This document shows positions 39,229 through 50,858 of a DNA stretch of 64,000 nucleotides, one piece after another. Position numbers and translations under genes: made by a program. Each line of letters starts with the position of its first letter. The first letter of the stretch is position 1. The stretch spans positions 124,001-188,000 of the forward strand of contig JAKMXF010000342.1 in assembly GCA_024704765.1 (NCBI GenBank), in the 5' to 3' direction. Below the pieces are notes generated by a model. That model was not told where the DNA came from. It worked only from the letters and a program-made list of their open reading frames with translations, and made no database searches. The DNA comes from Oopsacas minuta. Taxonomy: Eukaryota > Animalia > Porifera.

Positions 39229-41950
39229 CACTGCTCAACAATTTTTTTTCATTTTTTGTTGCATGAGATTTTTCAATTGATTCTGTATAATTTTGGGATG
39301 CTGATTTCAAATCTGCAATCAGTTTCTTTCTGCATGCTCTAGTTTTCATGCAATCGACAATTTAAATTTTTTCGTTTGTGGTACTTATTTAGTACATAAA
39401 TCTGATCTCCACCAAATACTTTTTATCTATCAAGCCATTTTTCTTAGATTGTAGCTGTTACTATGATTTAGTAATGGCTTCAATCTATTGAAAACAAAAG
39501 CACCACTCTATTGTTCTCTGAAAACATGACACTATTAGCGAAGTGTCAAAATTTAAATAAATCAAAAATCATCATGTGGATTTTTTTGAAATGATTTAAT
39601 TCAAACAACCCTAAGTGATTGTAGTGAAGTATCGTGGATAGATGCAGCAGAATAGGCATTTAAGCTGTATTTTTCCGCTCGTCTGCTGGTAGCCTTAATT
39701 AGAACCAAGGTTTTGTTATTCAGTTTGTTTGTGTTAAGTTACATAGATATCAACAGACTTTCTTTCGATTCTTAACTCTTCAGATTTGATCATGGCTTCT
39801 TCTAGTAGACATAAATGCAAAAATAACCCTGATTCATTTTGTTACATCTGTGGTGTGTATACGCTTTCGCGTCAAAGACGAAATATAACATCGTTTGTGA
39901 AGCGTGCCTACATAGCATACTTTGGTATCCCTCTTGGTGATCAAGATAAGAAATGGTCTCCTCATATTGTGTGCCATAACTGCGAAGAAATGCTCCGAGA
40001 CTGGACAAAAGGAAAGCGGAAGGGTCTGCCTTTTGCCATTCCAATTGTGTGGCCTGAACCCCAAGACCACACGACTGACTGCTACTTTTGCATGGTCAAT
40101 ACAAAAGGTGTTGGCAAGAAGAGCCGACAAACGCTTTCTTATCCTAGTATACCATCAGCTATGCGACCTGTCCCGCACTCTGATAGACTTCCTCCTCCGG
40201 TTTTTAGTGGTTTTGCTTTTCCTAATGATGAAGAAACTAAATTGGAAAGGGAAGAGATCGTAGAGATGGAATATCAAAAAACAGACACAGAATCAGAATC
40301 TGAAGATTCTTCTTGTGAAACCAGAGTAACTGTCCAGCAGTTTAATCAATCAGAACTGAATGACTTAGTACGTGATTTAGATCTGCCCAAGCAAGCAGCT
40401 GAGCTCTTAGCCTCCAGGCTCAAAGAAAAACAGGCGCTGGATCAATCTGTAAAGGTTTCCTTTTTTCGAAAAAGAGAAGAATTCCTTCTGCCTTATTTTT
40501 CAGTAGAAAATAAGCTGGTATATTGCAACGATATTCCTGGTCTTCTCGGACAACTGGGTATCTCCTCATATGATCCAGGAGAATGGCGATTGTTTTTGGA
40601 CAGTTCCAAGCGCAGCCTCAAGTGTGTTCTTTTACACAATGGAAATGTTTATGGAGCTGTTCCAGTTGGTCACTCCACTGTCTTGAAGGAACAGCATGAT
40701 GACATTAGAATTGTTATGGATTTACTCGGATATCATGATCACAACTGGATCATTTGTGTTGACCTCAAAATGGTTAGTTTTCTGCTAGGTCAGCAAAAAG
40801 GATACACTAAATTTCCATGTTATCTGTGCATGTGGGACAGCAGAGCACGTGAAAAACATTGGATACAGAAGGAGTGGCCCTTACGTGGAACATTTCAAGC
40901 TGGCATGCCTAACGTAACACACGACCCGATCGTAAACAGAGACAAAATTGTTTTTCCACCCCTGCACATCAAGCTAGGTCTGATGAAACAGTTCGTTAAA
41001 GCCCTAAATCCTGACAATGAATCCTTTCATCATCTTGTGTATACTTTCCCTGCTTTGTCATATGATAAAATCAAAGCAGGAGTGTTTGATGGACCACAGA
41101 TACGTACACTTATTCGCGACAAAAACTTCATTCAGAAAATGAATGTCAGGGAGAAAGCTGCATGGCTATCTTTTGTGGATGTTATACAGAACTTTCTTGG
41201 TAACAGAAAAGCTCCAAACTATGAAATGCTTGTATCCAAGATACTCTCAGGGTTTCGTGATTTGGGATGCAACATGAGCATAAAAGTACATTTTCTGTAC
41301 AGCCACCTGGACAAATTCCCTGAAAACCTTGGGGCTGTCAGTGACGAACAGGGAGAGCGTTTCCACCAGGATCTTATGACAGTGGAAGAACGTTACCAAG
41401 GTCGATGGGATCGACATATGATGGCAGACTATTGTTGGGGCATTAAACGTGACTGTCCTCACAAAGCGTACAAACGCAGAAGTTATAAGAGGAAATTTTG
41501 TCCAGATTTGTAGAATATTTGAATCTTTTGCATCTTGTCATTGATCGCTTTAAGTTACTATTGAAGATTGCCATCGTTCTTTTCTACGTTATTTTGCAAA
41601 AAAAAATAAATTTTTACATGCATATTACCAGCAAAACTGTTGTTTTTTACATTTTTTAAAACATTTGTTGCCCATCTGTCTACAAATACAATTTCTATTG
41701 GCAACATAAAAGTTTTTTGGCACCTATTTTTGTTTTGAGGCTAGTTATCCAACTGTAAGCAGAACATCATTTGACAAATCATGTCACTTTTTCAAAAAAT
41801 ATGAATTTTGTGCAAAAAAATTAAAAATCTCGATTTGCAAAAAATCTAGAGCTTGCGGAAAAAAACTAAGGTCGGATTCGGATTCAGCGCCCCAATATTA
41901 GGTAAAAACAAGTGTTGGTAGAAATGCAACAAAATTTTTGTTGAGGAGTG
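39229..41950 (+). mobile_element. Chapaev3-like transposon with an intact ORF, inserted in the left TIR of the Mutator element
   Basis: TIRs CACTGCTCAACAA and CACTCCTCAACAA; perfect TAA TSD at 39226-39228 and 41951-41953. The uninterrupted site is visible in the right TIR near 47693-47700. Confidence 0.9.
39792..41513 (+). CDS. Chapaev3-like DDE transposase, 573 aa from the ATG, uninterrupted
   Basis: N-terminal Cys/His zinc finger (CYICG, CHNC, HTTDCYFC). Candidate catalytic residues in LFLDSS, ICVDLK and DEQGERFHQD. Also PPLHIKLG and HFLYSH. Confidence 0.9.
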   Translation: MASSSRHKCKNNPDSFCYICGVYTLSRQRRNITSFVKRAYIAYFGIPLGDQDKKWSPHIVCHNCEEMLRDWTKGKRKGLPFAIPIVWPEPQDHTTDCYFCMVNTKGVGKKSRQTLSYPSIPSAMRPVPHSDRLPPPVFSGFAFPNDEETKLEREEIVEMEYQKTDTESESEDSSCETRVTVQQFNQSELNDLVRDLDLPKQAAELLASRLKEKQALDQSVKVSFFRKREEFLLPYFSVENKLVYCNDIPGLLGQLGISSYDPGEWRLFLDSSKRSLKCVLLHNGNVYGAVPVGHSTVLKEQHDDIRIVMDLLGYHDHNWIICVDLKMVSFLLGQQKGYTKFPCYLCMWDSRAREKHWIQKEWPLRGTFQAGMPNVTHDPIVNRDKIVFPPLHIKLGLMKQFVKALNPDNESFHHLVYTFPALSYDKIKAGVFDGPQIRTLIRDKNFIQKMNVREKAAWLSFVDVIQNFLGNRKAPNYEMLVSKILSGFRDLGCNMSIKVHFLYSHLDKFPENLGAVSDEQGERFHQDLMTVEERYQGRWDRHMMADYCWGIKRDCPHKAYKRRSYKRKFCPDL

Positions 41951-42537
41951 TAATCACCAAATTTTATGATGAGTAAGCAATTTTGCATTACATTATGGTC
42001 GAGGTTTTTTTATTAATATCTCCTGAAATAATTGTGATAACAACTTATCATTTTAATCATATTTACATCTCACTTGGTACATTGTGCATATCCAATTTGA
42101 AATTAAAATAATTATTTTTGAAAAAGTTACTACCGCCACAACTTTACATAGGAATTACATAGACGACCAGTTTTTGCTTGATGATTGTATGCTTTGTAGC
42201 TATGTATTGATTACTTGAATATTTTTAATATAAATTTACTTATGATGACTAATTTCTTGAAGTCAAATGTATTCCTTCTCAATTATTAGGACCAGTTATG
42301 TCAGTTTAGATTTTTGAACTTAGTATTAAGTTAAGAATGTAATATCAATCAACAAGCATTTGTAACTGTAACTGATTTATTTCGTTTCTCATGACCTTAA
42401 TACTCTTGATATTCTTCAACTTTATTTTATTTAAACTTCATTTCTTCCACAAATTTTTTTCATTACAACAGTCCTACTAAATTTCATTCAAATTCAATCA
42501 TGTGAGTATCTTTCTTAATTAATTTTTTAATACTACA

Positions 42538-42687
42538 CAGTCCACTCCCGTTATATCGAAGTCTGAGATTATACAAATATAGTCACAAATTGTTAAAGAA
42601 ACATAAATGTCATCAGTTATATTGAAATCCGCGTATATAGAAGTAATTATTGCAGTTCCTTGCTTCCGATATAAGAGAAGTTGACTG
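42538..42687. mobile_element. Short pogo-type MITE nested in the Mutator element
   Basis: CAGTCCACTCCCGTTATATCG and the reverse-complement end CAGTCAACTTCTCTTATATCG; TA present on the right flank only. Confidence 0.5.
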
Positions 42688-42980
42688 TAGTTATATGCAA
42701 ATGTGTCAGAAAATTAGTCGTTCTTTTTGGCATAGATTGTGTTTTTATTTCGAACCATGACATCTCTGGAACAATTTGTAGCTGCAATTACCCAACTGGG
42801 CTACAATGATTTTGATAAACTTAAGGTACCCTTGGATAACGGAGACAGGCGAAGGGCGAAGTCAGTATAGGGGAAGTTATCCATCCTCATGTTCAATAAG
42901 AATAACCAAACACACGTGCTCCTCTCTACTTAAAATAGAAACTAAATCGCAATCATTTTCAACATTATATAAAACAAAGT

Positions 42981-45620
42981 ATGGAAGGTAACAGCCGTAA
43001 GTTGAATAGCGATTCCGATACTGATATATTCCAGTTGGCTGTAGAACACGTTGGCACCAGGTTAGATTCAGATAGTATTTATGTTAATAGTTTAGATCCT
43101 AGTAATATTAGTAGTAGTCAATTAGATACAGATTTTAGTGTAGATAGCTTGGAGCGGGAAGTGTCAAATAGAAAATTCTTAGGCTTATTGGCATCTGGTT
43201 GCGATCAACCTGAACTATATAGTTTGAAGAGTACCCTGTGTTCTTCTCCTCCTCAGACTGAGGTAACCGATACCCTCATTTGGACTTTCATTGATTGTGA
43301 TAATCTTCTATAGTTAGACGCACTGAAATTTTTAGGGTCAGAATGTCCTAGTATTAGTGGCGAATTCATGCTCATTAATGGGATAATTTATGAGGAGTGC
43401 AAAAATTTTAATGAGTTTCTATATGAGCACCTAAGAAACTTTAGGCTTGTTAAGAGAGATAGTTGCTTGTTAGAAGCATGGATATTAGTTGGCAACATCA
43501 ACTGTCGAATTTTGGATTTGTTTGGAAGTGCTTATCTCATTATCACAGTTGCACAACTCGAAGAATTTCTTAACTTTGCTTTATTCATTCGAGAAAATAT
43601 GGATCTAATATTTTCATTTCATTCAACTCTATAAGAAAAACTAGGCAAAGTTAAATCTTCAAAAATTCCGTTGTTAGTTGATTCACATCCAAATATGTTA
43701 TCTAAACTTGCATTTGATATTGGTCACTCAGAAACTAGTGTTGTCATCGATAAATATAACGTTAATTATGTGTCACTTGTCCCAACCCTAGATGATGGTG
43801 ATATTCTGGAAGAGGTAATCATTGACGAGTCCAGTACTATGGAACAAAGACGGGTAGCTTTTTACTTAACTTTATAGAATGAGAAATGTTACTAGAATCG
43901 TGGGTGATCGTGTTATACTTTCAAAAGATTGACTAACTTATTTAATTCCAAATTGGAAGGGATATTTCATTGTGTACTTTGTTTTAAATACCACAAAATA
44001 AAGAAATCTAAAAGTAGAAAACTGAACAGTTGTTTTTTCAGTGCAAATGCAGAGTGTAAATTTCGCAATTGTTTTACTTTTACATTCATTATTAACAAAA
44101 TCCTCTTGAAAGTGACACCAATGATTGTATTATCGTGAATTACATAGTTTCTGGTACTCTATCTGATTAACATATAGATAATAACATTGTTTACGCAAGA
44201 AATTTGTGTAATTCTATTAGGTTAAAAGTAGCAACACAAATAGCAAACACATCTGTAAGTAAATATTTCTATAACCAATTCGAGTCTACAGAAAATAGAA
44301 ATTTAGCGGTTAATTTCGGCAATCTAAACAAAATTAAAAGCGCTGCTGTATTAAGGAAGGCAAAATTTGATTTGTCAAGTTTACAGAGGTTCTCTAATGG
44401 TAATTGGAGCGAATTGATTAGTTGACAACAGTATTATCGGAATGCTATAATGGATAGTAATGTTGGAGGGTACATTCAGTCATTAGGACATAACCTCTTT
44501 ATTATTCATTTATATACTGAAGACCAAATTAAAAAATATTAAAATGTTTTAAAGATAAAAGCATAATTCTTCACCTAGATGTAACTGGCTCAATCATTCG
44601 AAAGATTGAACCTTCCCAGCACAAAGTATTTTATTATGCTCTCACAGTACAACATCCAACTTGTTCTACCAGTCTCGTACCTCCGGCAGAGATGGTCAGT
44701 TCTGGTCATACTAGCACTGAGATTAGTTAATTTCTACACAAATGGTATCTTGGTGCAAAGAAAATATTAGGTTATAATATCAACATAGGACAAATTGAGA
44801 TCGATTTCAGCTGGGCGTTAATTCATAGTGTGTGTAATGCTTTTCTTAAATGTGGCATCGATACATATCTTGATAAATGATGGAATAGAGTGGATACAAA
44901 TTCTGTCAATCAGGAACTAGAATTATACTTGATTCTCCATTTATGTTCTGCCTATATAATGCATGGTATTGGCTTTCACATTAATAGGAAATTTAAGTTA
45001 AATAAAGAAGTGAGAAACTTGTTTTTGTATTCCTTTGGGTATCTGGTGCGTTGCACTAATATTACTCAAATAAGTTATGTGTTTAAGAGTAAATATATGA
45101 ATGAACATGTATTAACCAATATTAGAACATTAGAGTATTATATTAGTGACAGTTATTCTGATTTAGATGATACAAATGAAAGTTTATAGGATGAGGGTAG
45201 TGATAATGATCCCATCGATATTAAGGATGGTAAAACCCTAAGAGACAGATCTACCTTTGGCAAACATTTTGCATATATAAGTAAACAATGTGAAATGCTA
45301 TCAACAATAATCACACCAAAATATTTGATTCGAATCCTTGCTATTATCCTAGCCTTATAGAATATATTTTAACTTACTACTTACTGAAACCTATTCTGCC
45401 ATTATGGAGTGGTGTTATATTAGGTCCCCACAGTGTTTCAGTTGGAAATAATTATTCGTATTATAGTAACGCCATTGTAGAGAACTGGATGCGTATAGTT
45501 AAATTAGATATTTTGAATTCGAAATCAAATTTGAGGCCTGGGATTTCATTAGAGTATTATATCCCGGTATAACTAGTAGAATTTCCGCTTTCAATTTTAC
45601 TTTTCATCCCTGATCTGATA
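42981..45620 (+). pseudogene. MULE (NOF-type) transposase pseudogene
   Basis: Fragments FKYHKIKKSKSRKLNS..CKF, ILHLDVTGSIIRKI..VFYYALTV, IEIDFSWALIHSVCNAF and SNAIVENWMRIVKLDIL supply the D, D and E motifs. There are many stops and frameshifts. Confidence 0.7.
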
Positions 45621-45712
45621 GAACTTTTAAAGGTCGTAAGCGAATAAGAGATATTTCAGGAGAAAAATGTAGTGAAGAATGGTCCAGGAAAAAGAAACAG
45701 CATTGTGGCTAT

Positions 45713-46477
45713 TTGAAGTCGAAAACATATGAATTTCCTCAATTTAATAGAGATAAAACTGTCGTAGAAGATAAATTAATCCCTATTAAGCGTCAGAAGT
45801 TGTCTACGTTACGCATGATTTGCAAATCACCAGAAATTAAGACTGCGTCAATTATTACCGATGAAGAATTGGTAGAGTCTAGTATAATACGATATACTAT
45901 AGCAAGCCTTCGTCCACCACACGTTGAATGTAAAATTGCTACCTGTAAGAAATGGAAACTACATTATAGTAATCAGATTGTCTATTCTTTAGATAATTTA
46001 ATTGATAATGGTGAAGGATTATATGTATATAATCCCGGAACAACAGAAATAATATCAAGTGATGGAAACTGTTATTTTTCTACAATTTCTTATCTAATAA
46101 CAGGTAGTAAAACCTATCATAAAGAATTACGGGCAATTATCGTTGAAAACATGCTTGGTAAATTAAGTGCGAGTTGTAATGCGTTTTTGCGTACTAAGTA
46201 TGTTTATACTCAAGGGAATTTTAGGAATATTCAGGATTGGGTAAATAAAATGGGGATGAATAAGGTTGGAAAATGGGCTACTGACTTAGAGGTATTTGCA
46301 ACTTCGTTGTTATTTAATATAGATATTTGGGTGTTTTTGGGCCCTACTGGAACTCGTTGGGCTGGGTTTTCAGGTAATGAATCAAGTTTTGATCTATTAT
46401 TAAAGGAGCCAACTTCAAATGGTTTATATATTCAAAATTTAGGTAATCATTACCGGCACATACTATCTCTAATTTAA
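45713..46477 (+). CDS. OTU-like cysteine protease domain, probably the C-terminus of the MULE polypeptide
   Basis: SSDGNCYFSTISYLITG (Asp/Cys), KWATDLEVFATSLLFNIDIWVF and YIQNLGNHY (His). The ORF track start is TTG, so it is probably not an independent gene. Confidence 0.7.
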   Translation: MKSKTYEFPQFNRDKTVVEDKLIPIKRQKLSTLRMICKSPEIKTASIITDEELVESSIIRYTIASLRPPHVECKIATCKKWKLHYSNQIVYSLDNLIDNGEGLYVYNPGTTEIISSDGNCYFSTISYLITGSKTYHKELRAIIVENMLGKLSASCNAFLRTKYVYTQGNFRNIQDWVNKMGMNKVGKWATDLEVFATSLLFNIDIWVFLGPTGTRWAGFSGNESSFDLLLKEPTSNGLYIQNLGNHYRHILSLI

Positions 46478-48042
46478 TATTAATAGCAATCCAATCATTG
46501 GTTTCAATTTATGGCAGCCAAAATTATATATTTACTAACAAGATTATTAGTGAAACAATAAATATTTTGCATAAATGGAATTTGGATATTTTGTGAGATC
46601 TCATCTAAATATGTAAATTGATTGCGACAAAAATCACAAATGTAACTATCTACTTATATATATCGACAGTTGGATTATATGGAACAATTATATGACTTTT
46701 TCTCTAATCAAGATACGTTTAAAAGCTGGATTATATTACCCAGGATTTGGAAACTAACGCAACACCAATATGCAAAGTTCTGGAAGATATATTCATAGTA
46801 GAGTAAACAATGAACATGAAATCTATATTCTTATCCTTACAATTATCTTAATCAATCTAGGAATTAAATCTACAAATCTCTCTTACAAACTTTTACTTTA
46901 CAATTTGTGCAAATTTGAATCAGAAAGAAGTTACTATCTATTTTTGGAGCATTCATTTGGAGACCCATGTCCTGGAGTTAACTCTCGATTCTCTTACCAT
47001 TCTGGCATTAATAATTACAAATCGAAGTGTTGATCGTCTCTTCAAATCTTATCTGGTCAAGACATTTGTTACTCTCCCTTATACGTATAGCTGTAAAGAT
47101 TTTGCATAAATAGTACCACCTGTTTTAGGTTTAGCCTGTTCTAATAGACAAGGGAAATTCAATCAGTATTTCTCATTAGTTCACCAATCAGTTCAATACA
47201 GAAAAGATAGACAGACAAACTATAATATCTGGTTAATTAGTATCTTGTAATACTTTTCGATTTGTTTACTCTTTTCTATTCAAAAAGTAAAGTTTTGTAT
47301 AAGGTATGATAACTGTCACTACAATGGTGTTGTGTTATTTATTATATTTCAAATATCTTCTGATTATTGACTAGAAAGCACAATAGAATTGGGACTATAG
47401 AATTGAAAATGATACTAAATCTTATCAAAATTTACGTACACTGTAATGTCATACATACTTCATTATTGACAGTACAAACTGGTCGTCTATGTAATTCCTA
47501 TGTAAAGTTCGGGCGTTCATAACTTTTTCAAAAATAATTATTTTAATCTCAAATTGGATATGCACAATGAACCAAGTGAGATGTAAATATGATTAAAGTG
47601 ATGAGTTGTCATCACAATTATTTCAGGAGATATTAATGAAAAACCTCGACCAAAATGTAATGCGAAATTGCTTACTTATCATATAAAATTTGGCGATTAT
47701 GAGTGATGATATGAAATGTACCAACTTTCTTCTTGACACTGGTATGGTCCTTTTCAAAATAGAACCCATACTTTTGAGCAAAAAGTGTTTTAGTGGGGAT
47801 TTGAATCTGCTGCTGAATCGGCTGCTAAGATAACACTCGTCAAAGCAGGATACATTTCAGAATACAAACTACGCCAACAAATTTAACCTGACAAATGCGT
47901 TAATTTCCCCAAGATTGAATATGGGCATTGCTAAGTAGCTTGTATAGAATCAATTAGCATGATCTCATTTAGCTGCTTCATAATTAAGAGTAATCCGAGG
48001 CATTAGGTTATCGCTTAGACCTAGCAAGAAAGCCAGCTAGTA

Positions 48043-49637
48043 CAGTGGATGCCAGTAATTCTACAAACATATCGGTAATATGAACCAATTACCAATACTT
48101 TAAGAGTGTTCTTATAACCGGGATTAATTAAATTGGGGTATATGGCAATCGTTTTCCGGTAAAATGTTCTTATACCCGTGATGTTAAAATAATCGGCATA
48201 GAATGTTCTTATGTCATGTAAAATCCCATGGAGTAGACTACAAAAAGATTCAGAGAATCAAGTTAAGGCTCATATAACAGGCATGTTAAAATAACCGATG
48301 TTATTACAGGGTACACATAAATACTGTTACAAATAATAAAAGGGCTGAAAACAAAAACTATTGGAGCGATCGCTCTATTATTCTAAATTATGTTTAGATA
48401 TACTATAGGGTTGAAAATTAAGACAGTATTACTCAAATATATCGCCTTTTGCCTTAATGCAGCTCTTCAGACGGACGATGAAGGAGTCTACACTGGCACA
48501 CACATGCTCATCCGGGATCTTTGACCGCTCTCTTAATAATGTTCTCTTAAGAACCTCAACTGAACGATGGGGTTTAGCATTAACCCTCTCCTCCAATATG
48601 GACCATATAGAGAAGTCGAGGGGGTTAAGGTCTGGTGGACTAGGTGACCACTCTTCGGAAGAAATGACCCCCGGAAAATTGGTCTTGCATCACTTTTGAG
48701 TGGCTTTAACCTTGTGAGCTGGGGCAGAATCTTGCTGTAATACCCATAGGTCGTTTCCAAAATGTGATTGTGCCCAAGGCTTCAAAACATTCTTAAGAAT
48801 TGATTCCCAATATAAACCGATTGGTTGATTTTCACACCTTGGGGGATAATTATCGAAGGTGTCCGACCAGTTGCAGTAACCCCGGCCCATACCATCACTG
48901 AAGCTGGTTTCTGCGTTCTAGAGACCCGGAAAGTAGATTCAGGCAAAGTACTCTTATCGGTGGCTAAAATCCTATGATTTTGCTTGTTTAGGACTTGCTG
49001 AACAGTAAATAATTTCTCATCAGAGAAAAGGATCTGCTTGTGTCGACCATTGGTGAAACGTGAAAGCATGGCCTTGCATCTTTCCAACCCGATACTTTAT
49101 TTTTGGCTGTGAGGAGTTGTCTTTTTTTCATTTTGTACGCTTTCATGCCTACATCATTACAATCAAGCCTCCGCATCAATTCCCTGTTCGTATTTATTTC
49201 AATGACCATTTTTCGGATACTTCGGGCGGGATTTCGTTTAATCAGTTGTAGCACCCTCTTGATCAAAGAAATTGACCATGCAGTACGTGGACGGCCAGAT
49301 CGTGGTCGGTCTAACACTTCCCCTGTATCAGCAAACCGTGACAAAGTTCGCGAAATAAACATCCTCTTGTAACTGAGCAAAGAGGCAATTTTACTTCTAC
49401 ATTTTCTGGCCTTGAATAACTCAATAACAGCTGAACGACGAGTCTCGATTACAAAATGTTGAAATTATAAAACTTCTAAGTGAGATATAGCTGGTGTGAT
49501 TTATTGAGATAAAATAGATATGTAGTACAATTTATTGGATAAGTTTCAACGCTATTGAATTATATTCATCTATAATATGGTAGTTTTAAAAGTTGTAACA
49601 GTATTTATGTGTCACCATGTATATCCGGCATCTATTG
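48043..49637. mobile_element. pogo-type MITE split by a maT insertion
   Basis: Ends CAGTGGATGCC and GGCATCTATTG with TA flanks; repeated GTTCTTATA and GTTAAAATAA motifs. Confidence 0.6.
48307..49619 (-). mobile_element. Tc1/mariner element, DD37D (maT/mori) type, decayed
   Basis: TIRs CAGGGT-ACACATAAATACTGTTAC and CATGGTGACACATAAATACTGTTAC with TA flanks. FSDEK, then QQD followed by 37 residues to PLDFSIW. Confidence 0.85.
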
Positions 49638-49736
49638 TATAATTATAAATTAGAAGTAAATCCATAGGGATATTTGAATCTTTTCCTTTTAAATAGTCCA
49701 GTAAAATCATCTGTTATATTACATTGACATACGCCA

Positions 49737-50468
49737 ATGCACGCCATATATCCAATAACTACTAGTATAATCATAGAGTGGCTCTCAAATATTTACAACG
49801 GAGAAATAGCAGAATGGACTTTGATGGCGGAATCATATCAACTAATGAACCAATTCAGTCTCCACGAGACAATTTTGATATCACCAAATACATTCCTATT
49901 CTGGATCATCTTGTTTTTGCATTAGATCAAAGTATATATGCCTTCCAGATTCTGAATGAAAGATTCGATGTTTGGTTAAAAATTGGCTCAGATGACAATA
50001 GTGCTGAGGAAGTTAGTGAAGCTACTCAGAAACTTGTCTCTGTGTATTCTCAAAATCTTGAACCATCACTAGGTGATGAGTTAGTACAACTGTCAGAATT
50101 TGTTTCACTATGTCAAGATGAAAAGGCACAAGACGAATCTCATTAGTTGTTTATGTATCGTATGATAAAGGTAAAGGACTATCATCAACATTTCCAAATG
50201 CACAGATCTGTTGAGAAGCTTTCTGTCATCAATGGTGTCCAATTCAAGTGGAGAACGAACTTTCTCTAAGCTGAAGCTTATCAAAAATGAGCTTCGCTCA
50301 ACAATGTTCCAGCAAATCCTCACATTTTTGTCTGATATGAACATTGAGTCTGACATATTGCGGAAGCTGAATCCTGATGATGTTATTTATGATTTTCCAG
50401 AAATAAAGCTAGGAAGGTATTGATTTGAACGTCAATTACTAGTAGTTGCAAGTAAACTACTGTAACAA

Positions 50469-50534
<66 letters not shown>

Positions 50535-50704
50535 TAATATAGTGCACATAAATAAGTACAAATACAACTATAACTGCTAGAAGGCATAGAGACAACAAAA
50601 CTTTCTCTATATTATACATACGGGATATATCCACCTATCGGGAAGTCTACGGGGCCGCCAAATTGAGTTGTGCCTGAGTCCTAATCTAGCTTAATCGGGC
50701 CCTG
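49737..50704 (+). mobile_element. 3' half of a hAT transposon (ZMYM1-like C-terminal dimerisation domain)
   Basis: MVSNSSGERTFSKLKLIKNELRSTM...NIESDIL. The terminus TTAATCGGGCCCTG at 50704 resembles hAT ends. Confidence 0.7.
50471..50538. repeat. (TAA)n microsatellite
   Basis: About 22 TAA units with one interruption. Confidence 0.95.
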
Positions 50705-50858
50705 TCTATAAAAAGCATAAGATGGTATTGATATGATTCAATTAACTTAGTGGACAATCAGTAGACTAAGGAAAACAATTATCGACATAATAGACACAAT
50801 TTGCGTGACGTCATAAACCAAATAAAACTTGAAACCCGAGTAAGTCAATAACTGAAAA

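Larger units (their letters stand above)
39086..47840 (+). mobile_element. Mutator-superfamily (NOF/FB-like) transposon with long TIRs and an OTU domain
   Basis: 9-bp TSD CAAAGCAGG at 39077-39085 and 47841-47849. TIR of about 360 bp starting ACGAGTGTTATCTTAGC: left copy 39086-39228 plus 41954-about 42173, right copy about 47477-47840. Confidence 0.85.

Noticed and set aside
39802-41462. Short overlapping or antisense ORFs within transposases (also 728-1017, 29903-30425, 52233-52755)
   Set aside because: These are shadow frames of coding sequence with no independent motifs.
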